Positions 9,755 through 18,542 of a stretch of DNA of 64,000 bases are shown here, in pieces. The notes under the pieces are model-generated. The model was given only the letters and a program-made list of their open reading frames with translations, had not been told where the DNA came from and made no database searches. This DNA is from Spirochaetaceae bacterium UBA1318 (GTDB lineage Bacteria > Spirochaetota > Spirochaetia > Treponematales > UBA1318). The position numbers were made by a program, and so were the translations under genes. How positions within the stretch are numbered: position 1 is the stretch's first letter; every line of letters starts with the position of its first letter. The stretch is taken from contig DBTK01000106.1 in NCBI GenBank assembly GCA_002307015.1, positions 1,647 to 65,646 on the forward strand, given 5' to 3'.

Positions 9755-11725
9755 CTATCGCCCGATGACGAGGCGCACGGACTTTCCCGTTCCCCAGTCC
9801 CTCGCCGGTCCGCAGGCGACGTAGTAGGTTTTCCCCGACTCGAGGGCCTGCGTGATCCTGCGGACGAACCCCATGTCGTCGACGTTCGTCGCCAGTTCGC
9901 TCCCCCCCTCGTCCATGACGCTGATCACGGAGGGGACGAAATCGGCTTCGGGGCTGTAGATCAGGTACCGGCCGGACTGCGTCGGGACGAAGGTGAAAAC
10001 AGCGAAGGCCGAATCGAGGCGGACGAGGGAGAAGCCGTCGGTGCCGTCGAACCTCAAATCCTCGGCGGAGAGGGCCTTTCCGGTTTTCACGTAACGGCCG
10101 AGGTTCGAGACGATGGCGGCGACGGTCGTGGAATCCGGGAGGAAGGGCTGCTTGGATGGCGACGCCGTGGAACCGTCCCTTCCATTCGTCCCCGCTCCGT
10201 CCGCGACCGATTTCCGGGGATTCTGGGCTCCGACGGTGAAGATCCTCCCATCGGCCCCGGGAATCGCAAGGTAGCCCGAGCCGCCGGGAAGGGCGTTCAT
10301 CGTCGAGGCGGCTGGAACGGGGGGAGACTCGATCCGGGACTCCGTTTCGAGCGAGCCCGAGATGGCCCCGTTCTCGGTGTCGACCTCGAGGACGGTTCCC
10401 CCCGCGAAGGCGAGAACCACGGCGCCGTGAACCGCAACCGGCCCCGAAACGACGCCTCTGGGAAGCTGGGTTCGCCACGATGCCTCGAAGCCGCCCGTGT
10501 CCCCGGCCCCCGATTCGCCGCCCTTTCTTGCGGCGACGATGAGGGAGACGAGGCCGTCGGTCCGGTCCACGAGATAGACGGCAGAGCCGTCGAAGGCGAT
10601 TCCCGCCTTCCCGTCGAACTCCGGTTTCGTGCGGCCCGCGGGGGCGAGGGTCGGAAGGGCGAAGCGATAGAAGGAACCGCTCCGTCCCAGGGCGTAGAGT
10701 CCATTCTGCCCCGTGACGATCGCGGCCGGCTCGCCGATCGGGACAACGGTCGGAGCCGGAAGGGGAATAACCGGAAGCTCCCGGCTCGAGGTGGAGGAAT
10801 CGGCGGAAGCCGAATCGGGACTCGCCCGCACGGGGGCCGAAAGGACGGCCGTCAGGTCGAGGACGACCAGCCTTCCATCCATGGATGAACCGTAGAGTTT
10901 CGGCCCCATGGCCGCCAGGGAGAATCCCCCGGATCCGAGGTCAGCGCTTCCGCAGGTGAGGCCCGAGGAGGCGTCGATCACCTCGAGTTTTCCGTCGTCG
11001 TTCCAGAGGGCGACGAACCGGCGACCCGATGCGACGGCATCCACGACGGCAAGCGGACGCTTCCCGACGGGAGCCCGCCCGGCCGCGGGATTTGTCCGGG
11101 AAAGGGGATGCTCCCAGAGAACGGTGCCCGAAAGGGCATCGTAGGCGGCAAGGCCGTCGGATCGCCTGGCGATAAAGGCGAGGTCGCCCGTTCCCGTTCC
11201 TGTCCTTAGGAGGACGGGAGAGCCCTCCCCCACCCCCTGGCCCCCGGCTTTCCAGCGGAGCTTTCCCGTCACCCTGTCGATGGCGATCGCATCCCCGTTC
11301 ATACCCATCGCGTAGATGCTCCCCGCGTCGGCATCGATGCCGAAAAGCCTTCCGCCCGTATCGAGGAGATTCGTCTTCGCACCTTCCAGGACAGGCGGGG
11401 CGACGTCGACCCTTCTCCAGGCCCCGGCCTCGCCCTCGATCCCGGCCCCGGAGGGGAGGGTCCTTGAGCCGGGGACTACCTTCGCGGAATCGGCGCCGGG
11501 AGAGGACGCAGTCCCGTCCGGCGTCGCCGACGAAGCTGCCGGAGAGCCCTGGGAATTCGCGGAGCCCGGAGCGACTGCGGCGCCAGACCTTCCCGCGGCC
11601 CCCTGTCTGGTGCATCCCCCGAGCAGGATTCCCAGCATGATGACGAGACCGAGGACGGCGAGATCCGGCCGGAGACGGGGGGAGCGGACGGCCGAACGCC
11701 CGTCGGTTGATCTCAGGCCGTTCAC
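9755..11725 (-). CDS. Lipoprotein with PQQ-like (BamB-type) beta-propeller and C-terminal PPC-like beta-sandwich
   Basis: Lipobox LLGG-C; repeated A(I/Y)DxxTGxxxW motifs (AIDRVTGKLRW, AYDALSGTVLW); C-terminal domain ending ...LESGKTYYV; GTG start overlapping upstream TGA. Confidence 0.65.
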   Translation of the reverse strand: MNGLRSTDGRSAVRSPRLRPDLAVLGLVIMLGILLGGCTRQGAAGRSGAAVAPGSANSQGSPAASSATPDGTASSPGADSAKVVPGSRTLPSGAGIEGEAGAWRRVDVAPPVLEGAKTNLLDTGGRLFGIDADAGSIYAMGMNGDAIAIDRVTGKLRWKAGGQGVGEGSPVLLRTGTGTGDLAFIARRSDGLAAYDALSGTVLWEHPLSRTNPAAGRAPVGKRPLAVVDAVASGRRFVALWNDDGKLEVIDASSGLTCGSADLGSGGFSLAAMGPKLYGSSMDGRLVVLDLTAVLSAPVRASPDSASADSSTSSRELPVIPLPAPTVVPIGEPAAIVTGQNGLYALGRSGSFYRFALPTLAPAGRTKPEFDGKAGIAFDGSAVYLVDRTDGLVSLIVAARKGGESGAGDTGGFEASWRTQLPRGVVSGPVAVHGAVVLAFAGGTVLEVDTENGAISGSLETESRIESPPVPAASTMNALPGGSGYLAIPGADGRIFTVGAQNPRKSVADGAGTNGRDGSTASPSKQPFLPDSTTVAAIVSNLGRYVKTGKALSAEDLRFDGTDGFSLVRLDSAFAVFTFVPTQSGRYLIYSPEADFVPSVISVMDEGGSELATNVDDMGFVRRITQALESGKTYYVACGPARDWGTGKSVRLVIGR

Positions 11726-13134
11726 CGCCCACCTCCCATAGGGCCGACGGCTTCGGAAAGCCGGGAGGAGGCGGCCAGTATGTCGGCGAGGCATCCGGCA
11801 GGAGCGGCGGACGGGGCGTCGGACCCCGCTCCAATGAAGGCGAGCAGGTTCGAGGGAAGGACGACGGCAAGGGGAATCCCGGCCCGGGCCGCCTCAGGGA
11901 CCAGGGACGTCGAGGCGAAGGTCCGGGAGAGGTAACCGGCCCAGACCGCGTCGCGGGGAAAGCCGAAAACCGTCCCTCCTCCGGCCGGGAGGGTGGTGGC
12001 GCCTGGGGCGAGAAGGTTGGCGGAAACGACGGCCTGGCAGTAGTTCGAAAGGAGCGAAGCCTCGCCGACCGCGTCCGGGGGAAGACGGAGACCGAGGCGG
12101 GAGACGAAACCCCTCGCGTAGACGGGACCGGCCGCTTCTGGGGCCACGGGAATATCGACCGTTTTTCCGCCCTTTCCCGTCGCCGTTACCAGGAAGGCGA
12201 CGGCGCGGCCGATCGGCACCGAGCGGGAGGAATCGACGACCTCCCCCTTGAGGGAAACGGGGGACGATCCGAGCGCCCGTTTCGCCGCCGCGGCGACGCT
12301 CGAAGAGGAGGCGAGCCTCGCCATGCATTCGGTATCGACCGACTGGTAGAGCATCGTCAGTTGAAGCGTCGCCGCTTCGCGGAGCTTCGCGTAGCGGCTT
12401 CCCTCCTCCGCCGACTGGAGGGTGAGGAAGAGGGAAGGCCTGGAAAGGAGGGAGAGCAGAGCGGCGTTCTTTTCGGTGATGGGCGCCGGCTCGTAAAGGA
12501 GGGAGGCCTCTATCCGGTTCAGTTCGAGGAAAGCCTCCTCCCCGCCCGAACCCGAAATTGGCAAAGCTCGGGATTCGTCCGCCGCAGCCCCCCCGGTCTC
12601 CTGCGCTGCGACGGGAAAGATCGCGAGCGAAAGCCCCCGATAGGCGGTCTCGACCTCGGAGGAACCGATGCCGCATGCCGCAGCCGAATCGCCCCGCTCC
12701 GAAGGCGTCAGAGCCGCCCAGGCGATCAGGAAACGCCTTCCCGTCTCCCGCCGGCGCTCGAGCGCAAGGCCCCCGGCGAGGCTCTCGGGATCGGCATTCC
12801 CGCAGGCGAGAATCCATGAGCGGAACGCGAGCCGGCTTTTTTCAACAAGCTTCGGGACAGAGATTTGCCCAGCAGCCATTGGCTGATGGACAACAGAGAT
12901 TTGCCCAGCAGCCACTGGCTGATGGGCAACAGATTTTTTCGGCTGCTTTGCCTCCCCCGTCGATCCGACCGACGGGGGAAGGGCCAGGGACCGGAGTCCC
13001 GCGGCGCTCGTCGCGACGGAGCGGACGGCCTCAAACGAGGCATCAAGGGTCGAGGCTTTGGGAACGGCCCACGAGGAGGGCACGGTCAGGGCGGCAGCGA
13101 GAATCATCAGGAAAGGTAGGCGGGATTGCTTCAA
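11722..13134 (-). CDS. Hypothetical secreted protein
   Basis: 470-aa ORF with N-terminal signal peptide; start and stop overlap neighbours (TTGA, GTGA). Confidence 0.65.
   Translation of the reverse strand: MKQSRLPFLMILAAALTVPSSWAVPKASTLDASFEAVRSVATSAAGLRSLALPPSVGSTGEAKQPKKSVAHQPVAAGQISVVHQPMAAGQISVPKLVEKSRLAFRSWILACGNADPESLAGGLALERRRETGRRFLIAWAALTPSERGDSAAACGIGSSEVETAYRGLSLAIFPVAAQETGGAAADESRALPISGSGGEEAFLELNRIEASLLYEPAPITEKNAALLSLLSRPSLFLTLQSAEEGSRYAKLREAATLQLTMLYQSVDTECMARLASSSSVAAAAKRALGSSPVSLKGEVVDSSRSVPIGRAVAFLVTATGKGGKTVDIPVAPEAAGPVYARGFVSRLGLRLPPDAVGEASLLSNYCQAVVSANLLAPGATTLPAGGGTVFGFPRDAVWAGYLSRTFASTSLVPEAARAGIPLAVVLPSNLLAFIGAGSDAPSAAPAGCLADILAASSRLSEAVGPMGGGR
12857..12933. repeat. 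36-bp in-frame tandem duplication (SVxHQPxAAGQI x2)
   Basis: cagagatttgcccagcagcca(t/c)tggctgatgg(a/g)caa repeated at 12858 and 12894. Confidence 0.9.
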
Positions 13135-15452
13135 TCGGGATGCTCCCGTAACGGATCCGTTCCCGGCACGGAGAGCCTGTCGAGGATGAGCCGTCGAATC
13201 GAATTTTCAAGGGATTTCCTGAACCGCGCATCGCAACCCATCGCGGGATCCCGTTCCCTCGCGATATCAAGGAGAACGGCCGAGAGGCCTCGATTCTGGA
13301 ACCTGAGGCCGCCTATTTTTAAAATAGCCGCGCCCTTGAGCGAAGCATACGGCATCTCGGCCTGGGGTTTCAAGGAGCCGGGCTTCCGGACCCCGGGTCG
13401 GTAGCCCTTGAAAAGGGCAATGCCGCTCCTTCTCAGTACGAGGACGTCGTCGTTCTGGTAGAGATCGAGCCCCAGGATGGTGACGTCGGCTCGGTTGAAG
13501 GCGACCACGGCGACCGTATCGGGAAGTCCCTCGGCATAGAGCCTTTCCAGGTCGGAGTAGCCGAGGCCCCTTCCGGAACGGAGCAGGGGAACGATGCTTG
13601 GATCGAGAAAAATCATCGGCTCATCGGAAAAGGCGCCGCCCGTCTCGGAAGCCGCGAGGTAGCCGCCCCCGATCAGCTTCCGTAATCGGTCGTCGGGCCC
13701 GCTCGTGGAGAAGGACCGGTCGTATCGGGCGATCTTCGCCGCGACGATGCGCCGGCAGTAGGAGATATCGGCCCCGTCCCAGAGCTCGCGGTAGGAGGTA
13801 GGAAGCCCGGCGAGGCGGTCTGATATTCTCCTCCTCTCGAGGGGATCCATGGTTCGTCCCGAGCGGATCAGCCGGAAGGCGAGGTAATCGTTCGCCGCAC
13901 TTTCGCAAAGGATGCGCTCGAGGCTGGGCCCGAGGCTCCAAAGCGCGGCTTCATCGTTCGAGTCCAGGGCGCGGCTCGAGTCGAGAAGGACGGCGAACCG
14001 GGAGGAGGGATCGGATGCGGCGTCGAGAATCTCGCGCGGTTCGCCGGTCCCCGCCGGCACGGGATTGACCGGATCGGCCGATCCGACAGGTCCGGCGGCC
14101 CCCGAAGCCACGCCGTCCGATCGGACCCTCGGGATGCCGGGAACCGAGAGCGAATCAGCCGCGGCGAGCCAGTCTTCCGGGGCCCCGAGGCTTCCCGGGG
14201 AGGGAACCCTTCCCGAAAGGGCGGCAAGGGCACCGGCCTCATCGGCAAAACGGAAAAGCCCCCGGCTCGCCCTCTCCCTCGCCTCGGCGACGAGGCCCAG
14301 GTAGCGGTCGTAGCGCGAGGCTTCATCCCCCGTCCCCTCTTTCGGTTCGAGAGAGAGGGCGATGCGGACGGCGAATCCGGCACCGGCGGGAAAAACCTCG
14401 TCGGAAGGGGCATCGTACTCGACGGCGAGTATCCTTCCGGCAGCGAGCCGGTAGCCGTAGAGCGCGAGCGGCGAATCCTCGTTTCCCGATCCGGCCGCCT
14501 CCCCCGTACGGGATCGGGGGGCGATGAAAAACGCCCTTCCCCCCTCGTCCCTCGAGGAAAAAACGAGGCAGGCGAGGGAAGGCTTGTTCCGATCGCCCGA
14601 TTTAGCAGCCCGGGAAGCGAGGACGTCGAAAAAATCTCGGGTCGTCCCCCTGAATGATCCCGCGCTTCCCACCCTCACCCCGGCCGGACCAAGTCCGGCC
14701 GGGCCAGGTCCGGCCGGGTTCCACGAGACGGTTGCGATGGAGGTATCGAAGCCGGCGGGCCTTTCGAAGAGCGCGTCGAAGGATAGCCGGAGGGAGGCCG
14801 AAAGCGGGGCGAGGTCGACCGAACGGAAATCAGGTTTCGGGGGCTTGATGTCCACGCGGAAGGAAGGAAACTCTCCCCCGTAGAGTCCGGTGAAATAGGC
14901 TTCGGCCCTGGAGGAGGCATCCTCGAGAATGCCGTCGGCCACGGCGTCCATGGCGACCTTCGCCTCGAACGCGGCGAGAAAGGGCTTCAGGTAGAGGTCG
15001 CGGTCGAGCCCGGTGATCCCGTCATGGATCGCGCTTTCGACACGGCTTCCCTCTTCGGTCGCGAGGAGCAGTTCGGGTGCGGGAAGGGAGAGGACGGCGG
15101 CCCTTCCCTTCGCGTCGACCTTGAGCGACGATCGGCGGTCGAGCCGGAATCCAGCCTCGGCGGTAAAGGGGAAGATGGCGATGTAGCGATTCCCGGCCGG
15201 ATCGCTCGCGACGAGGAGAAAATCCTCGGCATAGGCCGCCTCGCGGAGTTCCGCCGTATCGAAGGCATCGATGACGGCCGTCGGGGTCCGGAAGCCGCGC
15301 TCGACGTTCCGGCCCGCGAACGGGATGAGGGAAGCGAGCCGACCCGCCAATTCACGGCGCTCGGCCGGGCTTCTCGCGGCGGAAAGGAAGAAAAGCAGGG
15401 CCATGGCGATCGGCACGAGGGGCATCAACCAGAACAGGGACCGTGTTTTCAT
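13131..15452 (-). CDS. Membrane-anchored protein with N-terminal DUF4230-like domain and large unknown C-terminal region
   Basis: N-terminal TM helix; AIFPFTAEAGFRLD...VLSLPAPELL...GILEDASSRAEAYFTGLY matches the DUF4230 pattern by eye; ATG 15452 lies 8 nt past the upstream stop. Confidence 0.55.
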   Translation of the reverse strand: MKTRSLFWLMPLVPIAMALLFFLSAARSPAERRELAGRLASLIPFAGRNVERGFRTPTAVIDAFDTAELREAAYAEDFLLVASDPAGNRYIAIFPFTAEAGFRLDRRSSLKVDAKGRAAVLSLPAPELLLATEEGSRVESAIHDGITGLDRDLYLKPFLAAFEAKVAMDAVADGILEDASSRAEAYFTGLYGGEFPSFRVDIKPPKPDFRSVDLAPLSASLRLSFDALFERPAGFDTSIATVSWNPAGPGPAGLGPAGVRVGSAGSFRGTTRDFFDVLASRAAKSGDRNKPSLACLVFSSRDEGGRAFFIAPRSRTGEAAGSGNEDSPLALYGYRLAAGRILAVEYDAPSDEVFPAGAGFAVRIALSLEPKEGTGDEASRYDRYLGLVAEARERASRGLFRFADEAGALAALSGRVPSPGSLGAPEDWLAAADSLSVPGIPRVRSDGVASGAAGPVGSADPVNPVPAGTGEPREILDAASDPSSRFAVLLDSSRALDSNDEAALWSLGPSLERILCESAANDYLAFRLIRSGRTMDPLERRRISDRLAGLPTSYRELWDGADISYCRRIVAAKIARYDRSFSTSGPDDRLRKLIGGGYLAASETGGAFSDEPMIFLDPSIVPLLRSGRGLGYSDLERLYAEGLPDTVAVVAFNRADVTILGLDLYQNDDVLVLRRSGIALFKGYRPGVRKPGSLKPQAEMPYASLKGAAILKIGGLRFQNRGLSAVLLDIARERDPAMGCDARFRKSLENSIRRLILDRLSVPGTDPLREHPD
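14680..14718. repeat. 15-bp in-frame tandem repeat (PAGPG-PAGLG-PAG)
   Basis: ccggccggaccaagt / ccggccgggccaggt / ccggccggg. Confidence 0.75.
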
Positions 15453-15459
15453 GTTCCGC

Positions 15460-16383
15460 CTACCTGGTCCTGAGCCTGACGTTTTTCCATCCGGATCCCC
15501 GGAAGGAAGCGGCAAGCCTCCGTTCGAGCTCTTTCGCGAAATACGAGGCGGTTTCCGCCTCCCATGAGGACGAGTCGCTCCCCTGCCCTCCGACAAGTTC
15601 GCAGGCGATCAGCTCCCTCGAGGCGTCGATGACGGCCGTTTCGCTTCCGAAGCTGGGCGCACCGGCCTTGAGCCCGGAAAGGACGCGGACCGCGTAGTTT
15701 TTAGTGAACAGGTAGGTACCTCCGCCGGCGGCGAGGGCCCCGACCGCCCCGCCGAGGATGCCCCCGATCGGCGACCCGTGCAGGGCGATGATCGGGTTCG
15801 CGGAGCTCGCCGCCTTCGCCCCGGCCCATGCGGCGAGGGCGCCCGAAATGAGGGCGATCGGTTCCGCCCGTGCCGCGGCTTCCCCGGCCCCCATCGCCCG
15901 ACCGGTCACGGCGTAGAGAGAATCGACCGAGCCCTGGGGGATCTTGACCTCGACCTCGAGGAGATCTCGTCCCGGCAGCGTCAGGACGAGGCTCCTCTCG
16001 GCGATGCTGGTCGCCTTGCCGTCGACGGCGAGGTTCGCGAGCGATGCCCTGAACTCGGCCGTTCCCCTCACGGAAAGGACGGAAAGCCTCTCGAAACGGG
16101 ACGAGGCCGAATCGGTCGTTCCCGCGGCGAGGAATTTCTGGAACCTGACGGTCTTGAACACGAAGACCGGATTCCCCTCGATGTAGCGCTCGAGCGTGAA
16201 CCGGGAAAGCCTCGATTTCGCGTCGAGGTAGTCGGCCGTCATCGCGATCACGGCGACGGCGAAGAGAACGGTAATCGCGAGAATCAGCCCCGAAAGAAGC
16301 CGGGGCGGCAGCCTGCCCCGCCCTTCGTCCCCGTCTCGTACCAGGGCGGAACGAAGCCGCCTCAACACCGGTATGATACCCAT
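15460..16383 (-). CDS. Membrane protein, DUF4230-like with inserted glycine-zipper hairpin
   Basis: N-terminal TM; LSVRGTAEFRASL...LVLTLP beta strands; GGILGGAVGALAAGGG glycine zipper; C-terminal LAASFRGSGWKNVRL. Confidence 0.5.
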   Translation of the reverse strand: MGIIPVLRRLRSALVRDGDEGRGRLPPRLLSGLILAITVLFAVAVIAMTADYLDAKSRLSRFTLERYIEGNPVFVFKTVRFQKFLAAGTTDSASSRFERLSVLSVRGTAEFRASLANLAVDGKATSIAERSLVLTLPGRDLLEVEVKIPQGSVDSLYAVTGRAMGAGEAAARAEPIALISGALAAWAGAKAASSANPIIALHGSPIGGILGGAVGALAAGGGTYLFTKNYAVRVLSGLKAGAPSFGSETAVIDASRELIACELVGGQGSDSSSWEAETASYFAKELERRLAASFRGSGWKNVRLRTR

Positions 16384-16418
16384 GTCCCAATTGTAAATCG
16401 GCACGGACCCGGGTTCAA
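16384..16418 (-). promoter_or_regulatory. sigma70-type promoter positioned for a leaderless transcript
   Basis: TTGAAC-N17-TACAAT-N6-ATG(16383); no SD. Confidence 0.6.
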
Positions 16419-16464
16419 ATGCCGTTCCGGCTCAAGGTCCGGAATACGAGGCACCCTACGGCAA

Positions 16465-16485
16465 GCCGGGTTTTTCGGACCCGGC
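16465..16485 (-). terminator. Hairpin after the MCP gene
   Basis: GCCGGGT...ACCCGGC inverted repeat just after the stop at 16492. Confidence 0.45.
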
Positions 16486-16491
16486 CCCTCA

Positions 16492-18297
16492 TCAGGCCTC
16501 GATCTTGAACTTCTCGACCATCAAGGCAAGCTCGTCGACGAGGGCCGCGTTCTTCACACTCATCCCGCTGATCGAATCCGTCGCCCGGTTGATCTCCTGG
16601 GTGCCGTTCGCGATCTCGTCCATGCCCGTCTTCAGCTGATCGCTCACGCCGAGCAGGTTGCGCATCTCCACCCCGACGGTGACGCTGCCGGCCTTCATCT
16701 CGGATGAGGAATTCCGCACGTCCTCGGTGATGCTGTTGATCTCGCCGAGGGCCTCGAGGATCTGCTTCGAGCCCTCGGTCTGCTCCATCATGGCCTGCTT
16801 GATCCCTTCCTCGAGCTCGCTGAGCGAGGTGATGAGGCTGTAGATGCTCGAGAACGAAAGCTCGGCGGCGGCAGAGGAGTTCACCACGGTGTCGATGACC
16901 TTCTTGATTGAAGTGATGTCGCTGGAAATTTCCTTCGACTGCGTCGCCGATATCTCGGCGAGCTTCCGGATTTCATCCGAAACCACCGCGAAGCCCCGGC
17001 CTGCGTCCCCCGCGTGGGCGGCCTCGATGGCGGCGTTCATCGACAGGAGGTTGGTCTGGGACGCTATCCCGGAGATGACCGCGTTCGCCTCGAAGAGCTT
17101 TTCGGATTGGGTCGAGATGATTCCCACCAATTCGTTCACCGCCGCGAGCTTGGCCTTCCCGTCTTCGGAGGCATCGAGGAGGCTGCCGAAGCTCGTCCCG
17201 AGCTTCTCGACGTTCCGGGTCACGGCCTCGATGTTCGCGATCATCTCCTGGATCGAGGCAGAGGATTCGGCGACCGCGGCCGCCTGGCTCTCGATTCGGT
17301 CGTCCAGGGCCTCGATCCTCCTGATGATCTGGTCGATGGAGGCAGACGCCTCGGTCACGCTCGCGCTCTGCGAAAAGACCTGATGATTCACCGAATCGAT
17401 GTTGGCCGAGATCTGGGTTACCGCCGAGGCCGTCCCCTCCATGTCGGAGGCGAGATCCTTGCCCGTTGTTTCGAGCTTTTCTACGGCCCCGTCGATCTGG
17501 GCGATCGCGAATGACAAGTCCCCCCTCATGGCCTCGACGGAACGGGCGAGACCCGAGATCTCGTCCTTCCCGCTCCAGAGCTGGGCATCGAGCTTTTTCG
17601 TGAGATCCCCGTCCGCGATGGACTTGGCGACGACGGCTACCGCGACGAGAGGTACGACGATGGTCTGGGAAATGAGGATGCCGATGAAAATCGAAAGGAG
17701 GAAGGACGCGACGGTCATGATCTCCATCACGAGGAAGGACCGCCTGGCAAGCGCCTCATTGTCGATCGAACGCAGCGAACCCTGGTTCACCTTGATGGCG
17801 ACCATCTGATCGATCGCGTTCTGCATCACGGCCGACGTTTTCCCCATCGATCCATGGATTAATTCGTTGGCCTCGGCGTGTTTCTGCTCGTCGTCGAAGG
17901 AGAGGGCCCTCTTGAGGTCGGCGCTATAGGATTTCCACCCGTCCATGAAATCCTTGAAATAGCCCTGGCCCTCCTTGGTGATGAGGGTCTTCTCGAACAA
18001 GGCGGCGTTCGTTTCGAGGTCTCCGCCCATCGCGGTCATCTGCGCGTCCAGGTCGGCGATTTCCGAATGGCTCGTAGCCTCGACGCGATCCCGTACATCG
18101 ATCCTGATCCTCTCGAAGGCCTCGACGACCTTGAGGAGTTGGGCGGTGGGGGCCATGACCCGATCGTACATGAAGACGGTTTGATTGCTGACTTCCGAGA
18201 GCGTCACGACCCCGACAAGGCCGATCACTCCGCCGATACAGGAGATGAACAGGAATCCGGCAAGGAGACGGGCCCGTACTTTAATATTCTTGATCAC
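16492..18297 (-). CDS. Methyl-accepting chemotaxis protein (four-helix sensor, HAMP, signalling domain)
   Basis: Two TM helices, [38 protein letters not shown]; GGAGG RBS before GTG 18297. Confidence 0.92.
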   Translation of the reverse strand: MIKNIKVRARLLAGFLFISCIGGVIGLVGVVTLSEVSNQTVFMYDRVMAPTAQLLKVVEAFERIRIDVRDRVEATSHSEIADLDAQMTAMGGDLETNAALFEKTLITKEGQGYFKDFMDGWKSYSADLKRALSFDDEQKHAEANELIHGSMGKTSAVMQNAIDQMVAIKVNQGSLRSIDNEALARRSFLVMEIMTVASFLLSIFIGILISQTIVVPLVAVAVVAKSIADGDLTKKLDAQLWSGKDEISGLARSVEAMRGDLSFAIAQIDGAVEKLETTGKDLASDMEGTASAVTQISANIDSVNHQVFSQSASVTEASASIDQIIRRIEALDDRIESQAAAVAESSASIQEMIANIEAVTRNVEKLGTSFGSLLDASEDGKAKLAAVNELVGIISTQSEKLFEANAVISGIASQTNLLSMNAAIEAAHAGDAGRGFAVVSDEIRKLAEISATQSKEISSDITSIKKVIDTVVNSSAAAELSFSSIYSLITSLSELEEGIKQAMMEQTEGSKQILEALGEINSITEDVRNSSSEMKAGSVTVGVEMRNLLGVSDQLKTGMDEIANGTQEINRATDSISGMSVKNAALVDELALMVEKFKIEA

Positions 18298-18542
18298 GCG
18301 ATCCTCCATCTTATATACAATCTCCATTATAGAGATTATTAATGCAAATTTTTGTGTGAAACCTATTTCTATATTAGAGAACATCTTACAATACAAACGA
18401 CCGCGGTCGACTACTTATTTCATAAGAACGAGTACATTTGAATCGTTCAACACTAACAGAGTTTTAAAATCGACTCAAGACATGTTATTTTTTTTTAACC
18501 TTTCCCATGTTATTTTTCAGCAATATTGGATATATTAGAAAC

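Noticed and set aside
12857-12933. 36-bp repeat as a CRISPR array
   Set aside because: Units are directly adjacent without spacers, in frame within a CDS, and no cas genes are present
18335-18365. sigma54 promoter upstream of MCP1 (TTGCA on the minus strand)
   Set aside because: The required GG at -24 is absent
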